IMG/VR virus record: IMGVR_UViG_2740892523_000006
Length of the DNA: 55,003 nt
From: a virus
Lineage: Duplodnaviria > Heunggongvirae > Uroviricota > Caudoviricetes
Direction: 5' to 3' (one strand)
Position numbers and translations under genes: made by a program. Below the pieces are notes generated by a model, which saw nothing but the letters and a program-made list of their open reading frames with translations, made no database searches and was not told the origin of the DNA. Each line of letters opens with the position of its first letter. The stretch's first letter is position 1. Shown piece after piece: positions 47,967 to 55,003 of this stretch.

Positions 47967-49476
47967 TTATTCTTCGGACTGGTCGTCGGTGTGCTGCGGC
48001 TCCTGTCGTTTCGTTGCGGCACTGCTGCCTCCTTTATCACTGGCCGGATCGGTATCAAATACCAGATCCAGCTTGCGGTTTTCATCAATTTCGGCCTTGC
48101 GCCGACGTTTGACATCATCCGGATTACGACCACCTGCACGTACCCAGTCTGATTCTGTCGCTGCTCCACCACGAATCTGAATTTTCCAGGCCTCAGCCTC
48201 CTTAACAGGGTCAATCCACGGCATCACCGGTCCGGAATACACCGCGGTATACAGTGAAGAACGGTCAAGATCGCGGGGTAGCCTGATAACACCGGATGCC
48301 ACAGCCTGTTTCAGCCAGGCACGATACATCGGGCGGGTGACGGCACCAATAAACCAGTCCTGCAGGATCAGGTAGCCATCAGTGGATTCAACCAGCTCCT
48401 GACGCTGGGCGCTGTAAGTGCCGTTATAGTTGCGCGCTGTACTGGAAAAAATTCAGACGACTGCCCGCCGCCACGGCACGCAACTGACCATTACGAAAAG
48501 TTTCAAGGTTAGGATTGGGGCGATCCGACTTCACCATTCCGATTTCTTCGCCGGGTTTCAGATCGTCGTAAATAATGCCTGGCTGAATGGTAAGCTCGCG
48601 TTCCTTATCCTTGCTGCCATTACCATCCGGTTCATAGCTCTGCCCATCGCCTTTCCGGATGTACATCCCCAGAGCAGCGGCGATCCTTGCTGCAGTCAGC
48701 TCAGAATCCTCATACTCTTTCAGGGCACTGAGGCGGATCAGCACACCGGACAACAAAGACGTCCCGCGCATCTGGTGCAGACGGCGAACAAATTTAAGAT
48801 GCAGCATTCGCTCTGCATCCACTTCTTTGGTTTCCATCTGCCGTCCGGATACGGGACGGCTTTTATACACCAGATATTTTTCGGGACGCCCCCAGTCATC
48901 AACAAACACGCCCTGATTCAGCCTGTTGCTCTCATCACTGGTCATGGGAATAAAGTCTGGCTCGAGCGCCTCCAGCCAGAAATGAACACCGGCAGAAGGC
49001 GTCAGGCTGTTTATGCGCCCGGAAACCATCTGGGCAAACACCTCACCATCGCGCAGCCAGGTACGCAGCATCAGACGTTCCAGCATCGGACGGGTAAACT
49101 GCCCGGTGACTTCCGGACTGACAGACCATTCACTCCATCGGGTGCGTATCTCCGCTGCCAGATCACGGGCAATGGCCCCATTGCGTAATACCGGATGTGG
49201 CTCGACAATAATCCCGTTTTTCCCCACCACCCGTTCTTCCAGCTTGTCAAATACACCAATAACCAGATCGTGGTTGTTATCAAGGTAACGGGCCTGCTCA
49301 CGTAACGACACGGCCCCGTACTGGCTTAACTGGTCGGCAGTTCGGTTTTCCCGCCGGGCTTTGTGTGTCCGCGTCGTTTTTACGGCCTCATAAGCCTGGA
49401 TCACCGCACGGGAACGCAGCCTTGCCGCTTTCCATCCTGGTGAAAAAACGCCAATCACATCATCAAGAATTGCCAT
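47967..49476 (-). pseudogene. Portal protein, apparently frameshifted at a T6 run (~48446-48451)
   Basis: 374-aa ORF from ATG 49476 ends at 48424; a second frame stays open from 48452 to 47967 (120-aa ORF plus upstream extension); combined ~500 aa. Confidence 0.5.
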
Positions 49477-49694
49477 CAGAACCTCGCCAGCCGGTACCCG
49501 GGATGCCCCCGTCGTCGTGTAATCAGAGCCGCAAGGCGGCGCTCCCACTCCTGCCGTCCCTGCCGGATCTCAGATAAGTTTTCCATGGTCATCTGCTGAC
49601 CATTAAAGGTGACGGATTTTCCGTCCAGCACCGCCATTTCAGCTTCCGTATAACGCTGAATCATGGCTTCGATATCATTCTGGTTCATAACCAT
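49476..49694 (-). CDS. W: Head-tail joining protein W-like
   Basis: 72 aa, ...ITRRRGHPGYRL resembles lambda gpW C-terminus; between terminase and portal. Confidence 0.6.
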   Translation of the reverse strand: MVMNQNDIEAMIQRYTEAEMAVLDGKSVTFNGQQMTMENLSEIRQGRQEWERRLAALITRRRGHPGYRLARF

Positions 49695-51787
49695 CCTCCG
49701 GAAGTCAGCCAGGGGTTAACATCGTCAGTTACTGTTTTCTTCCGTTTTTGTTTTTTAACAGGCGTGGATACCGGTTCCGGTGAGGGTGACGGTTCGGTAC
49801 TGTCCGGGACACTCTCCAGCCAGGTTTCCCGGCTCGCCCACCCCGGTGCATCCGGCCAGCGGATCTTTTCGTATCCATGCAGAATGACCAGAGCCTCGGC
49901 ATACACCATCAGGTCAAAAGCTTCGTTGGCACCGCGACCCGGCTTACTCCATTTCCCGTCACTACTCCGCTCTTCATACGTCAGTTCGTCGTAAAACCAG
50001 CTCCCCAGCCAGTCAGGGAAATGCACATAGCCGGGACCTGGAGAGTCACGCCATAACGCGTTATTCACCCGGTCTTTCAGTGCATCCGTCTGAAGAAGCC
50101 AGAGCGGCACATCACCTGCGGCCTGCGCCCGTCGGCCCGTTCGTCCGGTGTTATCAGGGAATGTACGGGTGATCAGTTTTGCGCGCCGGATGCTGTCGCC
50201 CTTAAACAGGTAAATACGTTTACCAAGGCCATCACGACGGCAACGACGCCAGAATTTATAGGCATTATCAGTGACCCCGTCTTCACCGCCGGAGTCCACC
50301 GCCATTGCCATCAGTCGCATTTGTTGAGAAGGATCGGAGGCCAGCGGCCAGCTTTTATGAAAAACATCCGTCAGCAGGACATCCCAGTCTTCCGGATAGC
50401 TGGCCGGATCAATTCGCTGGCTCTCACCGTCGCTGTCACCGCGCAATGACTGCGTGATGTTGTAACGATCAATAATCCAGCGTTCGCCACGGCTGCCATA
50501 GCCCGTTACCTGAACCACAAAACGGCGATGACGTCCCGCCTGCACATCCACTGTCGCCACAAGGAAATTAACGCCATCCGGCACACTGCTGGAAGGAACT
50601 GGCTCTGCCCGCTGCTCAAGCAGTTCACTTTTTCGTTGCTCCATGCTGGCGCGGGGAAGATAAGGTAATCCCCAGTCGGTATTGATAACCGTCTTGAGTG
50701 TTTCTTCACTTCCGGTTGTCTCGTATTCCTGTTCTGCAGTAAGCAGTTTGTAAACGAGTTGCGAGAGTGTCTGGTAAGCAGCTGCCGGACCCTCCATCCA
50801 GAATGACGCAATACGTGAGCGTCGGGGATCACCATAACGACTACCATCCGCATTGATGGATTCACCATCCCGCAACCAGACCCCACGTCCGTTCAGCTCA
50901 CGTTTTTGTTCAGGCATAATCCGTCCTGAACAGGAAGGACACTGAATATAAGCCGCCTCACTTGCCAGCACGGGATCGGCAATATCACGGAAACCAGCAA
51001 CCACATCGCCGCAGGGCTGAAAATACTCACCACAGTGTGGACAGGGCCAGTACCAGCGACGGCGATCGCCACGGTTATAGAGCGACAGTATCCCCGTGGT
51101 TGGTGGAGCCTCATGCGGTGAAGTCCGTCGCCATTTCACATCCTTCACATCCCTGCCGGGGGAACTCTCCACCAGCGTCATACCACTGGACATAAATGTG
51201 GTGGTACGTTTTGAGGCAAGAGAGAAGGCATCCCCCTCGCCATCAATATCTTCCGGAAAACGGTCATAATCCGTCAGCGCCACGCATTTATAATCTGATG
51301 AGGACATGATATTGACTGACGGCCAGCCGATTTTCAGGTAGTTGCCAGCAAGGAATGTTCTGTCATAAACGTTGTTGTCATTTTTGTTCGGACTCAGGCG
51401 ACTGACCACTTCCGGGCTGACGCGAAACGTTCTGGCGAGTCGTTTTTTGGAGTGTTCGCGGGCTTTTTCCTCCGTCATCTGAATGATCAGCATATCCGCA
51501 GGATCGCAAATCACGTTGTAAATCACCCAGCCGTCAATCAGGCCGATAGTCTTGCCGGTTCGTGCCGGGCCAACAAATATCACTGCGTCGTATTCACGCG
51601 AGGCCAGGCAGTTCATCGGCTCAATAACATACGGTGCCACCAGCGGATCCCACGGGACTGAGTTCCCGGCCCCCATGGGCACCCGCATATACTGAGCAAC
51701 GGCATCAGCAACCCGCATTCGTCTCGGTGCGCGAAGGATATAACCTGAATCGGTTCGTGCTGCCTTTGCGGTTTCCTGATTCAGCAT
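49685..51787 (-). CDS. A: Terminase large subunit (lambda gpA family)
   Basis: 700 aa; Walker A FVGPARTGKT; Cys cluster WPCPHCGEY...CPSCSG; follows Nu1-like gene. Confidence 0.85.
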   Translation of the reverse strand: MLNQETAKAARTDSGYILRAPRRMRVADAVAQYMRVPMGAGNSVPWDPLVAPYVIEPMNCLASREYDAVIFVGPARTGKTIGLIDGWVIYNVICDPADMLIIQMTEEKAREHSKKRLARTFRVSPEVVSRLSPNKNDNNVYDRTFLAGNYLKIGWPSVNIMSSSDYKCVALTDYDRFPEDIDGEGDAFSLASKRTTTFMSSGMTLVESSPGRDVKDVKWRRTSPHEAPPTTGILSLYNRGDRRRWYWPCPHCGEYFQPCGDVVAGFRDIADPVLASEAAYIQCPSCSGRIMPEQKRELNGRGVWLRDGESINADGSRYGDPRRSRIASFWMEGPAAAYQTLSQLVYKLLTAEQEYETTGSEETLKTVINTDWGLPYLPRASMEQRKSELLEQRAEPVPSSSVPDGVNFLVATVDVQAGRHRRFVVQVTGYGSRGERWIIDRYNITQSLRGDSDGESQRIDPASYPEDWDVLLTDVFHKSWPLASDPSQQMRLMAMAVDSGGEDGVTDNAYKFWRRCRRDGLGKRIYLFKGDSIRRAKLITRTFPDNTGRTGRRAQAAGDVPLWLLQTDALKDRVNNALWRDSPGPGYVHFPDWLGSWFYDELTYEERSSDGKWSKPGRGANEAFDLMVYAEALVILHGYEKIRWPDAPGWASRETWLESVPDSTEPSPSPEPVSTPVKKQKRKKTVTDDVNPWLTSGGWL

Positions 51788-52278
51788 TACTCCTCCTGCT
51801 GTAATTCCTCCTCATCATCCGCACCTGCTTCGGTCACCCGCAGGGCTATCTGATCGCGCAGATCATCAATAATGGACTGAACACGGCTCACAGCGGCAGG
51901 CTGCAGACCACAGTCACGTTCCAGAATATCCGGTAATGTCTCCAGCACCTGCACGACCGCTTTTGCCCAGATGGCAAACTCCCGTCTGACATCACTGGCC
52001 GGAATGAGTTGTGCCGTTTCCTGTTCGAACTTAAGACGCTCACGTTCAGACTGATACCAGGCTTTGCGTTCATGTGGATCCATTTCGCCCTCAGCAACCG
52101 GCGGTGGTAACCCCATAAATTCAGTCAGAATATCGGTCAACCGGTATAGCTTGAGTTTGTCATGTCCACCAGCGGGACGAATGTTTTTCAGTCTTGCCAC
52201 GACAGTCTGGCGGTGCAGACCAGATAAAGCCGCCAGTTGATTAATATTCAGCACCAGGTTTTTCAACTCATGATCCAT
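51787..52278 (-). CDS. Terminase small subunit (Nu1-like)
   Basis: 163 aa; N-terminal HTH LNINQLAALSGLHRQTV; ~190 bp downstream of cos-like site. Confidence 0.7.
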   Translation of the reverse strand: MDHELKNLVLNINQLAALSGLHRQTVVARLKNIRPAGGHDKLKLYRLTDILTEFMGLPPPVAEGEMDPHERKAWYQSERERLKFEQETAQLIPASDVRREFAIWAKAVVQVLETLPDILERDCGLQPAAVSRVQSIIDDLRDQIALRVTEAGADDEEELQQEE

Positions 52279-52439
52279 ATTTCCTCCGGAGAGCTTTAAA
52301 CATGCATCGTGCGAACAACTTTAAGAAAACGCGTTCGATGTCGAACAAAAAACACTCAATTCGACATACAAAAAACAAATAACCATTAATAATCAATAAG
52401 ATGCAAAGATGATGGTGGCCGATAAAAATGCAAAAACTA

Positions 52440-52470
52440 GCCTTTTTCCGCGACGCTCCCGCCCCGTGGC
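52440..52470. other. Candidate cohesive-end site (cosN-like)
   Basis: Minus strand reads CACGGGGCGGGAGCGTCGCGG, resembling recalled lambda ACGGGGCGGCGACCTCGCGGG. Confidence 0.45.
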
Positions 52471-52893
52471 AGGCCACCCCACCGGGAGGAGCCGTCAGCC
52501 TGAAAGCCATGACGAACGTCTGATACAGCCCTTGCATGAATGGCATCGGGATAATCCAGAAAGGAATAGCATCGACCCACAAGAATCTGTGTGAGTGTCC
52601 TGTTTCTTCCACCCCCGCACAGGACTGGCGAGCATGAGGGACAAACCCGCGAATCATTAGCGCGGTAAAAACCCGGTGTGCATCGTTTTTGATTATTCCC
52701 GCACACTCGCGCAGAAGGAGTTCCCCGTCGGGCTACGGTCATGGTTAATGCGGGAATACAGCGACGATACAGCGCATGATGTGTCAGGCTTGAATACCTT
52801 TATCCGTTAAAAGGGATATCAGTTAAGTTATCCCGTGTAGGGTATAAGCCATTATCAAAGCCACTCTGTAGGGAGTGGCTTTTGTAATGGCAA

Positions 52894-52918
52894 TAAAAAA
52901 GCCCCGCGAATGCGAGGC
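52894..52918 (-). terminator. Candidate intrinsic terminator downstream of Rz
   Basis: Minus-strand RNA CCUCGC AUUC GCGGGG followed by CUUUUUUAUU. Confidence 0.4.
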
Positions 52919-53092
52919 TAAATCCAGGTATTTTTAATGACTGGCTCTTATCTCAACGCAGCCCCTTACCGCGCGCCAGATGCTCAATATCAAGCATCAG
53001 CAATGAGATGTTTAACCATGATTCACTCCAGAAGTGAGCACCACCCTGTCTACAGAGCCAGATGTGAAGGATGATGAGTAAAATTATCGCTA

Positions 53093-53572
53093 TCATCGAA
53101 GGCATTGCGTCCTGATGTATTCCTGAAGCGTTCTCAGTGCTGTTTGGTCGCGGATAATTCCGTCCCGGATACCGAGAACGTTTCGTCCAGCAACTGGAGA
53201 GAGTTCGACGGTGGCATCATTGCCCATGCCGGAGGCGCTGGAGGTTTCGTCTGAGGATGGCACAGGGCATTTTCCTTTGACGAACACCCGACCACCATTA
53301 TCAAGCTTGCGCCGAAGAGCATCATTTTTAGCTTTCGCATCAGCTAACTCCTTCGTGTATTTAGCATCGAGTGCATCAGCAGCACGCTGGCGCTGCTGCA
53401 TGTCAGTAATGGTGGCGGTCGCCTGCTTCAGCTCACTGACTTTTTTATCACGCTGTTCTTTATAGGCGATGGCGTTATCACGGTAATGATTAACCGCCCA
53501 TGACTGGCAGACGATGATGCAGATAACCAGAGCGGAGATAATCGCGGTTACTCTGCTCATTGTTGCCCCCAC
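53093..53572 (-). CDS. Rz: Inner-membrane spanin Rz
   Basis: [29 protein letters not shown] near-identical to recalled lambda Rz N-terminus. Confidence 0.85.
   Translation of the reverse strand: MGATMSRVTAIISALVICIIVCQSWAVNHYRDNAIAYKEQRDKKVSELKQATATITDMQQRQRAADALDAKYTKELADAKAKNDALRRKLDNGGRVFVKGKCPVPSSDETSSASGMGNDATVELSPVAGRNVLGIRDGIIRDQTALRTLQEYIRTQCLR
53134..53340 (-). CDS. Rz1: Outer-membrane spanin lipoprotein Rz1 (embedded in Rz)
   Basis: [21 protein letters not shown] lipobox, PPAPPAW proline stretch as in lambda Rz1; nested in Rz in another frame. Confidence 0.8.
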   Translation of the reverse strand: MRKLKMMLFGASLIMVVGCSSKENALCHPQTKPPAPPAWAMMPPSNSLQLLDETFSVSGTELSATKQH

Positions 53573-54054
53573 AAACAGACTTCACGCTCAATCTCGCGGC
53601 GAGTCATCAGCCCTTTCCATTGCTTACCGCCAGCGTATGTCCAGCGCCGTAGCTGATCACATGCGCCTTTGATATCACCCTGGTTTATTTTGCGAAGAAG
53701 CGTCGATGTTCTGAAATTACCAGCGCCCACGTTGTAAACGAACGAGTAAAGAGCGCCGCGCGTTGTTTCCGGTATATCGACTTTGATGTACGGGTTAATT
53801 TGTCTGGCGACCGTGGCAAGGTCTTTATTCAGGAGGGCTTTGCATTCTGCTTCGGTATACGTTTTACCGGGAATGATGTCTTTTCCGGTGTGTCCGTGAC
53901 ATACAGTCCATACGCCAACGATATCTTCGTATGGTATGTAGCTGACACCTTCCAGGCCATCGTCACCACTCGGACCAGTGATGAGCACAGACGCTATGGC
54001 AGCAGCCCCACCACCAATAGCAGCAGCAACAGCCTTGCGTAATGATGGCGACAT
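53557..54054 (-). CDS. SAR endolysin (phage 21 R-like lysozyme)
   Basis: 165 aa; N-terminal SAR segment [18 protein letters not shown] then lysozyme domain; closely resembles recalled R21. Confidence 0.85.
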   Translation of the reverse strand: MSPSLRKAVAAAIGGGAAAIASVLITGPSGDDGLEGVSYIPYEDIVGVWTVCHGHTGKDIIPGKTYTEAECKALLNKDLATVARQINPYIKVDIPETTRGALYSFVYNVGAGNFRTSTLLRKINQGDIKGACDQLRRWTYAGGKQWKGLMTRREIEREVCLWGQQ

Positions 54055-54260
54055 TATTCACCTCTCGCAGCCTTACGCTTATCTTCTTTAATCTTGAAAT
54101 AAAGGTTTGTCAGATACGTCAGCAAGCCAAACACCAAGCTACCCAATACGCCTATTGCCACCCACTGGGATGGGGAGACTTTGTCCAGCAACTGCAGTAG
54201 CCAGTATCCCGTCCCCACCGCTGACGTGGTGTATGACACACCTGTTGTTATTTTTTCCAT
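54054..54260 (-). CDS. Pinholin (phage 21 S-like)
   Basis: From [12 protein letters not shown]... 68 aa, two TM helices, resembles recalled S21/EssD; ORF track start at 54314 is probably an upstream extension. Confidence 0.75.
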   Translation of the reverse strand: MEKITTGVSYTTSAVGTGYWLLQLLDKVSPSQWVAIGVLGSLVFGLLTYLTNLYFKIKEDKRKAARGE

Positions 54261-54890
54261 CTGGTACATACCCCGTCTCCCGTTATCCGGAAGCTGACAA
54301 CAATAAAAAGCCACCAGTTAATTCCTGATGGCCCTGATGCATAAACGTCATAATACCTGACTGTTATGATTGACAATAATGATAATGTTTATATAGAAAG
54401 GTTCCCGATGTGTGTTACATATCATTTCTCCACGGGGAATATCCCCACGCCAGCGCAGACTCTTTTACCCGTTCTCTTCTGCGCTGGCTCTTTTTTATTA
54501 TGCTGCTGCATTTACCTCTGGCACCATGCTTTCTATCTCAACACAATACGTGGTACTTCTTGTAACCAATATCATAACGATTAATCGACATAGAATTTCT
54601 CCCGTGTACAGGAACAGAGTTAAAAAGCCGGAACCGGAATCAAATCACAGGATGACCATCTGCCAGTGGCAGGTCATAAAAAAAAGGCCGCGCCATGCGC
54701 AGCCAGAACTCACAAGGAAAATGATAGAAGGAAATAACATTAGTGATGTACGCATGGCGCCTCCCGCTAAGTTCTGCAATGATCAAACAGAACTCGCTAC
54801 GTGCCCTTAAAACTCGATCATTTAGCCCCTCCAAGGAGGATTCACCATGCGGTTGATTTTTTAATAAACAGTAAACAAAAAAGTCAAGAA

Positions 54891-55003
54891 TTATTCATTC
54901 TGTTCTTTCATCATCGGCCACAGCAATACCACAATGCCGCAGACCAGAGCGCCATCAGTCAGTACCAACATTATCCTGCTGGTGAAATCCATCATCACCA
55001 TCA
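54891..55003 (-). CDS. C-terminal end of a small hypothetical membrane protein (gene begins beyond window end)
   Basis: Minus strand translates ...MMDFTSRIMLVLTDGALVCGIVVLLWPMMKEQNE then stop at 54891-54893. Confidence 0.3.
   Translation of the reverse strand, partial: MVMMDFTSRIMLVLTDGALVCGIVVLLWPMMKEQNE

Noticed and set aside
52268-52657. 129-aa minus-strand ORF spanning the cos region
   Set aside because: It overlaps the cos-like site and the region upstream of Nu1, and has odd composition; more likely non-coding packaging DNA.
52859-52884. Perfect 8-bp hairpin (AGCCACTC...GAGTGGCT) between cos and Rz
   Set aside because: Followed by only three T residues on either strand, and there is no upstream plus-strand gene; too weak to call a terminator.
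1-55003. Integrase, tRNA genes or attachment sites
   Set aside because: None seen. The Mu-like element uses a DDE transposase, and the lambdoid integration module would lie outside this window.

Overview
The window holds two nested prophages, both encoded mainly on the minus strand. (1) A lambdoid prophage late region: pinholin/SAR-endolysin/Rz-Rz1 lysis cassette (54.3-53.1 kb), a cos-like site (~52.45 kb), Nu1/A terminase, W, portal, protease-capsid fusion, FII/Z/U/V/G-T tail genes, then a tape-measure gene (H) that is split in two (41091-42848 and 797-~2161), followed by M and the start of L. (2) A ~39 kb Mu-like transposable prophage (~2162-41093) sits between the two H fragments: left end with repressor/ner/transposase A/B, an early region with Gam, GemA and a Mor/C-type activator plus many unknown small genes, SAR endolysin and spanins, terminase, portal, head and contractile-tail genes, a Gin invertible tail-fibre segment, an esterase cargo gene, and com/mom at the right end. 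All calls rest on reading the six-frame translations, recalled family signatures and gene order; no database search was run. Exact Mu-like ends are approximate because no clean 5-bp target duplication was found. Most notable: the phage-in-phage insertion, a SASA-type esterase cargo gene, a Gin inversion switch with only one tail-fibre chaperone, a perfect (GGCTTC)n repeat inside a head gene, a frameshifted lambdoid portal at a T6 run, and a low-GC islet of small membrane/zinc-finger ORFs in the Mu-like early region.
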